DNA from: Lama guanicoe
Lineage: Eukaryota
NCBI GenBank assembly: GCA_013239625.1
Contig: MU053482.1
Coordinates: forward strand, 533,168-597,167
Reading direction: 5' to 3'
Length of the DNA stretch: 64,000 bases
The translations under genes were made by a program, and so were the position numbers. The number at the start of each line of letters is the position of its first letter. Within the stretch, counting starts at the first letter, position 1. The notes under the pieces were generated by a model. That model was not told the DNA's origin and made no database searches. It worked only from the letters and a program-made list of their open reading frames with translations. Of this stretch, positions 25,178 through 36,976 are shown one piece after another.

Positions 25178-27065
25178 CATGTACGTTTAAAAAGCTAAAG
25201 CTCTAATCTGTTCTTAGAAACAATGATCAGTACACATGTGAACTAAAAAAAATGTGCTTTGCAGAATGAGTTAGAAAGTACTGTTTTAAACTTTTTTAAA
25301 TTCCTAGATTTGTTTATCAGCTTGATTAAATGAGTATTATCCACTTGTTTAGGCATCTGTCTCCTAAATTTCTATGAGTTTCACACACAAAAGTGACATC
25401 ACATAGTTTGATTGAAATCTAGTATACAACAGATCTAATGAGAAGATTTTGGTAAAACTAAAACTAAACTAAGTCAAACTGAAATTAATTGAAAATTAAA
25501 AAAACCCCACGAATCCATAAACGTATTAAACCTTTTCATACAATACAATTTATAAATTTTAGAAGTTATTGTTTGAAACAAGTTTTTGGTGAATTGATAA
25601 CTTTGCCAAATTGGAATTTGGTGCTCAAAACCAACAATTTTTAAAGTTGATAACTTTGGAAAATTTGGTGAATTGAGCTTTTGGGAGCCTGGTAATTGGG
25701 TGAATTGTCTTCAGTAAATAGATTTTCACCTAAATGCCTAGTTCCTGGATGTAGGTAAGGATCAGGAGGATAGGAAATTGAGAAGACCATGCCTACAGCT
25801 TCCCTTTTGTTGCTATTATCATTGTTGAGAGTAGGAGGTGAGGTTAAGTGCTCATAATAGGAGATGATAGATGATACAAAGAATTTAAGTGGAGAAAGTT
25901 TGCAGGAGTCAAAGAGATGTTAGGATCAAGCAATCCAGGCTTGTTGAGTTGTGCTCAGGGTCCAGTTCTGTTGATCCCAATGCCAGGGGTTGTGTGATAA
26001 TTTTTATTCCTAGGAGCTCTCTATGATAAGGTCACAGAAGAGAAATCTGGTGATTAAAAGGTAGATAGGAGAGAAAGACATGGAGCTGAATAGGGGCTGC
26101 CATGAGAACAGATGAAGTGTTGGATCATGACATCCACACGGAGTTGAAAAGTAAGAAAGGCCTGATGCACACAGGGAGAAAAGAGAGTTCAGAAGATTAG
26201 GGTTTCTAGAGTTTGAAAATTTGATACATGTGTGCAGAGGGATGAGCCATCCAGAGGCAAGAAGCTGGGTTTTAAGAGTAAGATTCTAGAGGGAAAAACT
26301 TCAGGGGAAAAGTAGATCTGGTTATGAAAGGTTCAAAGGCCTGGCAAACCTAGTGGGCTGGATAAATGGGCTTCAGGAGGAGAGAACAATAAAGAACTAT
26401 GGGGCCAGAGTCTTGGATGGGGCATTCAAGGTTGGGATGATAAGACTCTGGGCCTAAGACTTGAATGAATGTGTGAGTGATCAGAAGCTGTCTTCCCCCA
26501 CCTCCACCCTCAATCAGCCTGGCACGAATGGCCCAGTCTATTATAAAAAGTGGGTTTGGGAGATGAGTGGTCCTTAGTGTTACAAAACTCCTCCAGAGTT
26601 TTGCCCTTCCTGTGCTTGCTTCTATCTCTGTGAGCTCCATGTTGACTTCTCATTCATGATATTTTGTCTGTTTGCTCCAGCCTATTGTGTTAGGTCTCTG
26701 ACTGAATTTAATAATTCATTTTGTGACTAGCTCTGGGTGATATAATGTGTGTATAAAGGCAGATATGCTTAAACTGAAAGCTTGCCAACTGACTTCATGT
26801 GCTTTGGGCCAGCAGGTGCTCTGGGCACCCCTTAGCAGCTAAGGCCAAGAACATCAGGAGGACGTGGTACAACAAAGTCTTGAGTCTCCAAAGAGAAGAG
26901 GCTTTACATAAGGTGGAGGGGCCATGAAAGCCACTGTGGGGAATGGGAAAGCTCTCCTCCATTACTTTTGTCCTCAACATGAGAGGATTTTCCCTCAAAC
27001 CTATACAAACCCTTAAATGTCTGTCGCCACAAATAAGGTCTGGCAAAAGTACTGGTTATTAAAAT

Positions 27066-27434
27066 TGTCTTAGTCTATTTGGGCTGTTATAACCAAATAC
27101 CATAGACTGGATAGTTTATAAACAACAGAAATTTATTTCTCATAGTTCTGGAGGATGGGAAGTCCAAGACTGAGGCACCAGCATGGTCAAGTTCTGGTGA
27201 GGACCTTTTCCAGGTTCACAGCCAGCGCCTTCTCACTGTGCCCTCCCACGATGGAAGAGGTGAGGGATCTCTGTGCGATCTCTTTTACAAGAACAATAGG
27301 CTCATTCATGAGGCTTCCACCCTCATGACCTAGGCATCTCCCAAAGGCTCCACCTCCCAATACCATCAAATTGGGCATTATGATTTCAACATATGAATTG
27401 GCATGAGGGGGATACAAACATTCAGATCATAGCA
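27066..27434 (-). mobile_element. MaLR solo LTR (MLT1A/MST-like)
   Basis: TG...CA ends with a perfect 5-bp TSD aaaat (27061-27065, 27435-27439); 'aacaacagaaatttatttctcatagttctggagg'. Confidence 0.9.
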
Positions 27435-27829
27435 AAAATAAATATATTCATCTTCAAAATTCACTTTTAAATCTGCTTTCCTCTCAAGTTGCTCCCATAT
27501 CTCTGCCCTATCTTCCCTTTTCCTTGTCTCCAAACTTCTCTAGTTGTCTTGATGGTTTCTACTTTCATTCCTCTCAAGAGAGCGCTCCATCAGACGTCAA
27601 CAGTGAACATCCTAATTTTAAAGTCTAATGGCCGAAGATATTCATCGAACCACTACTCTGGAGCCTGGCCAACATCAGGTTGTAAGAATACAAAGATTAT
27701 CTAGTGTCTGTCCCCAAGAACTCAGAATCTACTGAGGGGAGATAACCACAAATAGATGCTTTTGGCCCCCTTTCCCCTGGATTTTGAGACACACAGTACT
27801 GCAGCTACAGTGTTCCAGCTGTAGCACTT

Positions 27830-29260
27830 TTCACCCTCCTCAGAGGGCTTCCCTTTTACCAGTTGACCTTTGAATGTTGGCTCCATCCTAGGCCTTCTTT
27901 TTCTCTTACTCTATATTTTTCATCTGGAAAATCTCATCTAGTTCAATTGCTTCAATTCCCTCATTTGTGTGTGATTCTCACATCTGTATTGCTAGCTTAC
28001 ATATATCCTCTGAGCTCCAGAACAACTGTTAATTAAGACATCTCCTTAACTCTAATATGTTTACAACAAAGCTCATCACAGAATCTCAGATCTGCTTCTC
28101 CTCTGCTATCCTCATTCTCTGTGAATGGAATTACTCCATCCAACTGCCCAAGTCGAAACTTGGTATCACGCTTGACTCTTAGCTTCTTTCTCTACCTCAT
28201 CTTATCACACATGATGCCTAGTTTATCCTGTCTCCTCTATACCTGTCCGATCTGTCAGTCTCTCTCCACCCCTCCTTCTTCTGGCCCAGTCCAGTCTTCC
28301 CTCAGCTCTCTCTGGATTCCTTAACTAGCCTCCTATTTGGTTTCCTTGCTTCTAGTCTTGACCCCTAACCCATCTTCCTGTCAGATGCAAGAATGACCTT
28401 TCTGAAATGTAAATCTGATTCCTTTTCTCTCCATTTAAAAGTCCTCAGTGGCTTCCCCTAGTCTTCAGGATAAAATCCAAGCACTTTATCATGTCTTGCA
28501 TGGCCCTTTGTAACTTGATTTTGCCTGGCTTTCCTGCTTCATTTCCTCCACTTCTTCCTCAAATACCAAATCCCAGCTGTACCAAATTACTTACTTGGAA
28601 TTTCTCAAACACTCTGTTCTGTTTCATAATTCAGTGCACTTCTACCTGCAGATCTTGCTGCCTGCAATGCCCTCCCAGAGGACCTCCCCCCATGCTTGAT
28701 GAATGCCTATTCATTCTTCAAGATTCAGCCCTCACATTGTTTTCTCCGAGAAGTTCCTCATTGACCTTCTTTGTTGGTACTCCAGTACGCCTTGTACATG
28801 CCACTTTTAGCTACTTGTGTTACTGTGTTGTACTCGTTCGTGATCTGTCCTTCCAACTGGCCTGATGGACCCTTGAGGAGTTATCCCTGTATTCTCTACA
28901 CTAGCACAGAGCTTTGAATGAAGAAGCACTTTCCTTGCTAAATCATTTGATAATTATTTTTTGAGTGTCTCCTATGCAAAGACACTGTACTGGGTACTGT
29001 GATGAATTCTGCAGGTTCTCTTTCCTCTCTGAGAGACAATTTCTCAGTCTCCTTCATAGATTCTGTATCCTGTCTGTCCCCTAATGTCTGACCTCAGCCT
29101 CCTTTCCCTCTGCATACACACTCTGAGTCATCCCATCCATTTCCTTCGTTTTCATTGCCAAGAACTTCCAAATCGCTTTTCCCAGTGAAGAACTCTTTCC
29201 TAAACTCTACATGCTCCCAGGCATCTCAAACTCAGCACATACAAAACTGAACTATTTTTC
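27830..29260. mobile_element. L2 fragments
   Basis: 'ctgaaatgtaaatctgat', 'ttaaaagtcctcagtggcttccc', 'cctattcattcttcaagattcagc'. Confidence 0.7.
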
Positions 29261-30983
29261 CTTTCTTTTGTTCCTTCTGGGAGAAAAGGAAAAGCTAATT
29301 GTAGGAAAGCTTCTGAGACCATTTTAAGGAGAAGATATTAGAAATTAAGTCAGGACAATAGTATTGAGTTTTCAGGAACATCTCTAGGTACAGCTTTTGT
29401 ATTTTCATCCCCTTGAAGTGAATGGCAGTAAAACTTTAATGCTGTGCGTCCCATGCTTGGCTACATGGAGATGTGCCAAGGTATATGTGAAGCCACAGTG
29501 TAAACAAGGCTCATCTTCCTAGAGCATCAATTTTCACAGGTGTGTGTGTGTGTGCGTGTGCGCAATGTACGATATTAAACTTGTAAGAACTAAAAACATT
29601 AATTTAATATTAAACAGATATTGTGGAACAGAATGACAAAATGACAGAAAAGTTGAAATTCCTTTCCTCAAAATATAAGCATATAGACCATTTTTATTAT
29701 TAGGGCATCTCAAACTTAACTACCAAATTCACGTCTCTAATTTCAGAGAGCTACAGTATGCCTCTGCATTTAAGGGCACAGAGAGGAAAGCCCTAAGGGT
29801 ACAGACATTGCCCAGTAGCAAACAATGGGGAATCAGCGTTGCAGGAAGTTCATTTTCAGATGAAGTAAGAGGAAACTGGGGAAGGGAGGAGTTAGTAAAC
29901 CTAAAATGCAGAGCTAGGCTGAAGAAGTTGGTGCAATGCATTGATTCAGTTGACCTATACAGATGCCTATTACATCTCATGTTTTCTACTGGGCAGCACA
30001 AGGTTTTATTTAGTATGTCCTCTACCCTCAAGGAATTCACCAGCTAGTGAAGGGTGTTGAACAATGTAACTGTGCCACTGCTGCAGTGAAAGATGTATCC
30101 TGTGAAACTGGATCACTGGAAAAGTCTCTAACTTATGCAGAATTCAGTGAATACTTCAGAGAAGAGGTGTCAGACCAGCTTTTGGCTACATCTTGGAAAA
30201 TGTAGAGCTATTTTCTGTCTGCAGGTTGATTAGAAATATTTCAGAAAATTGAAATATGAAATGTGTGGGAAATGAATTAGACATATGCTTACATTCTTGA
30301 CTGTCATTATTAACACTTAAGTCCCTGGAAAGGAAGGAATCCATTTCTTCAGCCTTGGTATACTCTGCAGTGTAGCGTAGCTCTGTCCCTGCAGAGTACC
30401 ATGTTGATGGTTTTGTAAAGCTCAGCCACAGAGCTGACTCTGTTGTAGACAACATGCAGCTTACTCTTCATTTAATAAACATATATTGAGCATATACTGA
30501 ATCAGGTCCCATGGTAGGAAAAGAGTTATCCAGAGGAAATGAGTCCCAGTTCCTAGTTTTGGGAGCTCAGTTCAGTGAAGGAGTCAGTGAAGCAGACAGG
30601 TAATTGGTAGTATGGTGTGATTAATGCTTTGACAGGCATATGCCGTGAGGAGTATCACCGCACCCAGGAATGGACCTAGCCCCATTTGAAGGGTGATGCA
30701 GAGTTTGCAGAAGGCCTCAAAAAAGTGACCCTGAGTAGAGATCTGAATAACCTGTAGAAGGTAACTTGAAACAGGGCAAGCACTACAGTAGAGGCAACAT
30801 CATGCACAAAGGTAGATATATTCAGAGAATAACAAGTTAGTTTCCTACGAAGGCTGGTAGCAAATATCTGTAGATGACCCTGAGGGGTGGCTGAGAACAG
30901 GCCATAGCAGGTCTTTCTGCCACGACAGAAGCCAGGATTTTATCCAGCAAAGGCAACTGCAAATCTGTAATGCTGACTGAGAT

Positions 30984-31230
30984 CAGTGTTTTTCAAAAGC
31001 AGGTTGTAAAACATTAGTGAGCTGTAAAATCAATCTACTGGATTGGGACTATCATTTTAAAAAACTGAACTAGAAAATAGTAGACAATATTAGTGCACAT
31101 GATATCTGTACAAGTAAATGCTTTGTGCTGCTTTTGTTTCATTACACCTATTTATGTCAATGTTATGTTCCAATGTAAAATGTTTTTTGACCTGTGGGTC
31201 ATAGTAAAAGAATTTGGGGAAAACACTACC
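30984..31230. mobile_element. hAT-Charlie-type MITE remnant
   Basis: Terminal inverted repeat cagtgtttttcaaa ... tttggggaaaacacta around an AT-rich interior. Confidence 0.55.
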
Positions 31231-32281
31231 CTAAAGATTCAACAGTAGAAAATAATATTACCTTTGGTAGCAATTAACAGAAAACCCAGGCATAAATGGG
31301 AATAATCACTAAAGATTCTTACTATATAGTACCTTTCAGTTGTTCTGACCTGCCACTCTCAGTGTCCTCTTTAGTCTAGAGCCAGTTCCCTGTGCTTATC
31401 AGAATAACATGTAATCTTACTCTTACTCAGCAGAGTAGAGCATGGATTCTCATGGCCTCAAATTAGTTAAGGCCTGTCCATCCCTGAACCCACCAACAGC
31501 AAGGGGATGGAAGTACCATGACTGCCTTAAACTTATCTGGGGTGGATGTTTGGGAATCAATCCACTGCAGGGAATTGTAACACACCATGGTAAATCCAGT
31601 GTATTATGGAAATACTGTAGCCGCACCTAGGGTTACAAAGTAATGAACTTAGGTGTAGAGATGGTTACAGCAATCACCCCGGAGATGCTGAAAGTTTGTA
31701 TATAAGGCAGGTAGGTAAAGGGGAGAGGGTTCTCTGGGTGATAGATGAATAAAAGGTGGTAAGGGCAGCTGTGCATAGGGAAACAGTCAAAACAAAGCCC
31801 TTCAAGGTTCTGGAGCATAGAACTAGAAGCAAAGGAAGAAGCTGGAACAATGAGCAGATGCCTACTCACTGAGGGGAGTCATGGTAAGGAATCTGGATTC
31901 TTTCCCCATAGGAAAAGAGCCACTGGAGATCAGCAAGCAGAGAATTAAGATAGCAGATTCCTATCACTATGGCTGCAGTGTGGAGGCAGGCAAGTTAGGA
32001 GGCTGTTGCAGTAATTTAGGGTCGAGATCTCTAGGACTTCAGACTGGGAGAGAGGTGACTACAGATTTGAGAAGCAAAATCAATATGACCTGCTAATTTG
32101 ACTGTAGAAGATGAGTGTAAGGAAACAGTCCCTGACTTTTGTAGTTGTTATCTCCTCTGGATATTGGGCTTACACTGTGTCACTGATCTGTTGAGGCTAG
32201 ACTAAGTTTGTTATCCTTTGAGGGGAGTGGGCATAACTGTGAACCTTGGAGTGAAAAACTGGAACTTGAGACAAAGAACTT

Positions 32282-32371
32282 TTTTCCCCCCTTAATGGAG
32301 GCCTTGGGGATTGAACCTAGGACCTCATGCATGCCAAACACGCCTTCTACCACTGAGCTATGCACAACCCC
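32282..32371 (-). mobile_element. tRNA(Ala)-derived SINE (vic-1-like) with 16-bp TSD
   Basis: Minus strand ggggttgtgcatagctcagtggtagaagg...gcatgaggtcctaggttcaatcccc; TSD ttgagacaaagaactt (32266-32281) and ttaagacagagaactt (32372-32387). Confidence 0.85.
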
Positions 32372-32438
32372 TTAAGACAGAGAACTTCTCAAAGGAGGAA
32401 TTCTAGTGTATCTGGACTCCTCTCTTGGGTGTTTGGAG

Positions 32439-32574
32439 TTTATTAAAGAGATGCTTGCCTAGATGAACTCAAGGGTATGTTTCACCTATTTAGGTGAAAA
32501 AGCTACCATTTATAGGCCAGATCAGTAAAACTGTTATATTCTTATTTCCCTTGTGTCATCCCTGAGCCTTTATT
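32439..32574 (-). terminator. Candidate distal canonical poly(A) signals of MRPL17
   Basis: Plus-strand tttatt at 32569-32574 and 32439-32444 read AATAAA on minus; these are the first canonical hexamers I found downstream of the stop codon. Confidence 0.4.
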
Positions 32575-32626
32575 AAATTTTATAGGATTCATGTACTCCT
32601 TTTGTAATTCAAAAAATTTTTCATTT

Positions 32627-32721
32627 AAAAAATATGGAACGCTTGACGAATCTGTGTGTCACCCTTGCACAGAGACCATGCTAATCTTTTCTGTATCATT
32701 CCAATTTTGGTATATGTGCTG
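32627..32721 (-). pseudogene. U6 snRNA pseudogene (first ~13 nt missing, diverged)
   Basis: Reverse complement cagcacatataccaaaattggaatgatacagaaaagattagcatggtctctgtgcaagggtgacacacagattcgtcaagcgttccatattttt aligns to U6; the ACAGAGA box is mutated to ACAGAAA. Confidence 0.93.
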
Positions 32722-33749
32722 TAAGAGATGAGAATCCTGTTGGGAGATTAATCTCAGACTAGGGGAGCAGTCTGAAAATAGCACTGAAATAGCACAAGAA
32801 TAGCTCTGTCACTGAAGCTAGTATCTACCTGCTAGACCAGTGACTCTCTCCACCCCAACTCTTATTATCTGAGATAATGGATCAAACACCCTCTGAAGGT
32901 CTGGCCTAAGATAAATTTCTTTTTCCCACTGTACTAGAGCTATGGGATCTGTCAGGCCCTGCTATCAAGTGTTCAGGCAGGCATGATAGCTCCAAGTCTT
33001 CCCATGACTACCACCTTAGTCAAGCCTCTGAGTGTGAGGGATGGGCAGCCTGGCTGGGCCAAGTCTGGCTTCAAAGTAACTAGTGCACGTAAAGGAGCTT
33101 CCTACTTCTCATATGCCCTGACCATTCTGAAGCCGGATTTCCCTTTTCTGAGTTCCCAGAGAGGCCCAGATTTGCCAACAATGAAAACTTCCAGGAAATC
33201 CCCAGAGGTTTAACTTCCTAATCTTCCTCCCACTTCAAGCCTCTCCTTCACCCCTCCAAGCCCACCCCAAGAGGAAGGAGCTTATCCTGGAGTCAACATC
33301 CTCTGCTGAATGCTTCCACTCCTCTGGCCAGTGTGGTGGTACATCTGAGTTCCAGGTCCTCTCCTCTGAGGCCCATTCAGGGCTCGAGGGGAGCACATGA
33401 GGGTAATATGTGATCCTGCCTAGAAACAAAGGAATGGAACCTTGAAGGTTTCTAGGGTACCTGATTATTGCAGAAAGTTCACTTCTAGATGTTCACTCTC
33501 CCACCCCCCGTTAGGAAGTAATCCTTCTCTAAGAAGCCCTAGGGGCTTAGTCTCTATGTAGACATCAAAACACTTTTGGGGGCCAATTTGGAATTTTAGG
33601 ATACATGCCCCATATAATGTGGCATTAAGAAAAACAAAACTGTGCTAACCCAACCCAACCCAGACTTAAGAGCCAGAAACACACAACATGGATTTACTGT
33701 CCTACAAGACTGAATACTTGGATAGTTCTCGTTTTCCAGAAATCCTCAG

Positions 33750-33798
33750 AGAAGAAAAAAAAAAATTAGTTTACATATACTCATACAATGAATTTATC
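33750..33798 (-). terminator. Candidate proximal poly(A) site of MRPL17 (variant GATAAA plus downstream U-rich tract)
   Basis: Plus-strand tttatc at 33793-33798 reads GATAAA on minus; an A-run near 33755-33765 gives a U-rich element downstream on the transcript. Confidence 0.35.
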
Positions 33799-33955
33799 TA
33801 TTATGCAAAGAGGGTTATCTGACTCCCAGAAGGTTCTGGGCTCCAACAAGATGGTCCATCTTACAACTCCTGCTCCAGTTCTTCTTAGAGATTAAAAGAG
33901 CCCCCAAGGCCTGTGATCATGGGCACTGATGAGGGCCACTCACTCTTGGCTCCCG

Positions 33956-34222
33956 TTAAATCCCCTGTGTTTGAGCTGTGTGGGTGCTTGCTTCCTGGTC
34001 CTTCTGCAGTCCCCGAAGCAGCTGGTTTAGGAGTGTAAGGTTGCTGTCTCTGCGAGGCAGGGGCAGGGGTGGCAGACAGTTCCCTTTATACTCAATCACT
34101 GCCATTTTGGCCCGATCCTGCTGACTCCGATTTGGGATCTGCAGCATTCTTGTGTAGCCCCCATTCTGACCTTGGTACCGAGGGGCCAGTACTTGAAACA
34201 GCTTTGGGATCAAGTCTTTCTC
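33956..34222 (-). CDS. MRPL17: MRPL17 coding exon 3 to TAA stop; spliced protein 169 aa
   Basis: Acceptor [73 protein letters not shown]...QTQGI*. Contains the L17-family GGYTR and DRAxMAVIE motifs. Confidence 0.97.
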   Translation of the reverse strand, partial: EKDLIPKLFQVLAPRYQGQNGGYTRMLQIPNRSQQDRAKMAVIEYKGNCLPPLPLPRRDSNLTLLNQLLRGLQKDQEASTHTAQTQGI

Positions 34223-34305
34223 CTAGAGGGGGAGAGTTATTCAGGAGAGAGAAGTCAGGCATCACCACAGAAACATTTAACTTTCAGCGCTCCCAAAGGC
34301 AGGGT

Positions 34306-34307
<2 letters not shown>

Positions 34308-34352
<45 letters not shown>
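34308..34352. repeat. (AC)n microsatellite in MRPL17 intron 2
   Basis: About 22 AC units with one interruption at 34346. Confidence 0.97.
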
Positions 34353-34597
34353 ACTCTGTCACCCATTGATATGGTAGAGTCAAAGTTGCAGAAGGGTTCA
34401 GTTACAGGCAGTTGTGCGGATTCAGATTCATATCGAATTCAACTAACTTAGGAGACACATTTCTAATTTAGTTCACAACATGTGTCCATAAGTGAGTGCC
34501 TTACAGCTTAATTCTTCCCAGTTACCCTTCCTCTAACAATCCCCTCCTACTTAGGGAGCAAAGGATGAGATTTGGGAGGAAGACAGGATGCACTCAC

Positions 34598-34666
34598 CGT
34601 GAGCCAGAAGTCAGCCATGCGCATGGCTCGTTCGTTGGTGTCTCCCAGCTTCCCATAGTCGATGAG
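34598..34666 (-). CDS. MRPL17: MRPL17 coding exon 2 (69 nt)
   Basis: Read manually: acceptor GCAG|CTC, translation [23 protein letters not shown], donor ACG|GTGAGT; in frame with exons 1 and 3. Confidence 0.96.
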
Positions 34667-34899
34667 CTGCGAAGACATAACATTACTGATCCAACCCGAG
34701 CAAAAAAGGAGGCGCCAATCCTACTCCTCTAATGCCTCACTGCAACCCATGCATTCCACTGGGAAAGCATCTCGTTAATTCAGGCCACCTCTAACTCCAC
34801 AGCCCTAACCAGGCTTCCATTTGAAGGGCCGGAGGAGTGGGCTCAGCTCACGGTACCAGGGGAATCAGACTTCGGCTTACCAGGACAGCTCCAATTCTT

Positions 34900-35600
34900 G
34901 CCCCAAGCCGGCCGGATCTCGCCCCCCTCAAGCCAGACTCGTGCAAGGAACCAGAGGGCCCCGACCCTCACCTTCTCGGCGTAGCCCCTCAGCTCGTCCA
35001 CGCGCGCCCATGACGCCTCGATGCGTTCGTGTCGCACCAGTGCCGTAAGCAAGTTCTGCAACAGGTGGATGCGGGACTCGGGACCAAGGCCCAGGCGGCG
35101 GAATACGCGGCCGTGGGAGATGGCGGCGGCGACCGACAGCCGCATATTCTCGGTTGCCTCCCGCCCCTACGAGGCCGGAACTGGAAACTCCAGGGAAGAC
35201 AAAGCGGAGAGGAGGAGCTGAGAGGACGCATGCGCCGTAGGTAGGCGCGTGGTGGACGTGTTTGCGCATGTGTAACAGAGCCTGCCTCGTTGGCAGCCTG
35301 GGGAGGGCGGAGCAGGGGCGTCGACTTCTTCCAGCCGAGGCGAGCGGGGCGGGCTTTAGGCCCGGCGAGCGCTCCCTGTCGGCTCGGGAGCCAGGCGCCC
35401 CCTGGCGTAGGGTGAGTCGGCCGTCGGCTTTCTCTGCTGCTGCGTCAGTCGTCCTGTGGCCTGACGGCGCTGGGAAGCTCTGCCCGCAGCGGGCTCGGAA
35501 AGTGAGTACCTACCTGAGGGGAAAGGCGCCTGAGGGGTCGCGCTCCCACAGGCCCTGCCGCGCCCTGAGCCGCGGCCAGCTGGCGGGGGTGACACCCTGA
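34900..35600. promoter_or_regulatory. MRPL17 CpG-island promoter with NRF1-like, ETS/GABP-like and GC-box motifs
   Basis: CpG-rich. CGCATGCGC at 35227-35235 and TGCGCATGTG at 35263-35272 (NRF1-like); CCGGAA near 35175; GGGCGG boxes near 35305 and 35347. This set is typical of nuclear-encoded mitochondrial genes. Confidence 0.8.
34972..35145 (-). CDS. MRPL17: Mitochondrial ribosomal protein L17 (bL17m), coding exon 1
   Basis: Translates [58 protein letters not shown], recognisable as the MRPL17 N-terminus; ends at phase-0 donor AAG|GTGAGG (GT at 34971-34970). Confidence 0.97.
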
Positions 35601-35914
35601 GCCTGTCATTTTTAACAAAATTATTTTCGGTAGTAATGGTGAAATGAGTGGAATAACAATGATGAACAGAAAAGAAACGCAGATGGTGAGAATTTTCTTT
35701 CGTTGAAGTATATCCCAGTTCACGAAAAATTGCTTTACTCAGAGGAAAAGTAATGGATTAATACTTTAAAATTACGTCACTGGTTTTTGTTTTAAAAGGG
35801 AAAAACGTACCTATGTATTTATGTGTTAAAGTCATGAACCTTATAGTTTCTGGTTTCGAACCTTCGTGTCTGTCGATTTGCAATGACTTAGACAAAATTG
35901 CTCCTTGTTCCAGA

Positions 35915-36378
35915 TTTAAGTAGTCCCCCATTCCAAAAAAGATATGCTAAGCCCCCTCCTCCTCATGCACACATACCCCCCACACCAAACTGGACTTTGA
36001 GGATAGAGGCCTTGCAGGGGTAATTAATTAAGATGAGATCATACTGGACTAGGGTGGGCGCCTAATCCAAAATGACTGGTGTCCTTAGGAAAAGAACACC
36101 TGTGGAGAGACAGAGACACACAGGGAGAACGACATGTGACTGAGAAGGCAGAGATCAGAGTTGTCCAGTTGCAAGCCAAGGATGGCCAAGGATTTTTGGC
36201 AAACATCGGAAGCTAAGAGCAAGATATGGAACAGATTCTTTCCTAGATCCTTCAGAGAATGCATGACCTAGCTGACAGGTTGATTTTGGATTTCTAGCCT
36301 TCAGAACTATGAAACAAATTTCTTTTGTTTTAAGCTGTGCAGTTTGTGACATTTGGTTACCGAAGCCCTAGGCATATA
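35915..36378 (+). mobile_element. MaLR LTR (MLT1B/C-like)
   Basis: 'ttaagatgagatcatactggactagggtgggc..cctaatccaaaatgactggtgtcctt' and 'gattttggatttctagccttcagaactatga'. Confidence 0.85.
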
Positions 36379-36976
36379 CCCATGTCCCTTAGATACCATA
36401 TTTAGGTTTGTCATTCTGTCTTCCTCTTAGGTGACCAGAGAACACTTATTGTTAATTTTAATTTTGAAAAGTTTCTTTTGTCTGGAGCAACATACATGCA
36501 AATAAGAAAAGTCTTAAACACATGGAAAAGTTAACAGAGATTTATACAAACCACACTTCACAGTAAATTTCAGAAGTTACAGTACAGTTCGTGTCTTGTT
36601 TCTTTGGGATCAATTCTTGCAGCTTTCAGTTATCTACACATTTCACTATAACATTGTCATCAGATAATTCTGTTGATATTTCTGTTGATAAAAACTTGGG
36701 AAAATGATCATTGACACTGGTGTTATTTGATTCATTACTTTAGAAGGAATGTCCACTTGGTGAAAACTTATATCAAACATCATGTTTTTAAATTTTGTTG
36801 GCTATATGAGATTGTCATCTCTTGTCTCTTCTGACAGTATTCAAACTCTGATTCTTTTTTCTATGTCAGTTTCTTTACATTTTTGTTGTTGCATAGTTAA
36901 TGACTTTCTCTACTATTTCAGTGGTTTGGTGTTCAAAGATCAATTTAGAAACTTGGTATCTTACTGTATGTTGTTC

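Noticed and set aside
32627..32721. Functional U6 gene
   Set aside because: 5' end missing, ACAGAGA box mutated, many substitutions, and no upstream PSE/TATA recognised.
34843..34971. Extension of the MRPL17 exon 1 ORF (VRVGALWF...)
   Set aside because: Read-through into intron 1 past a canonical donor.
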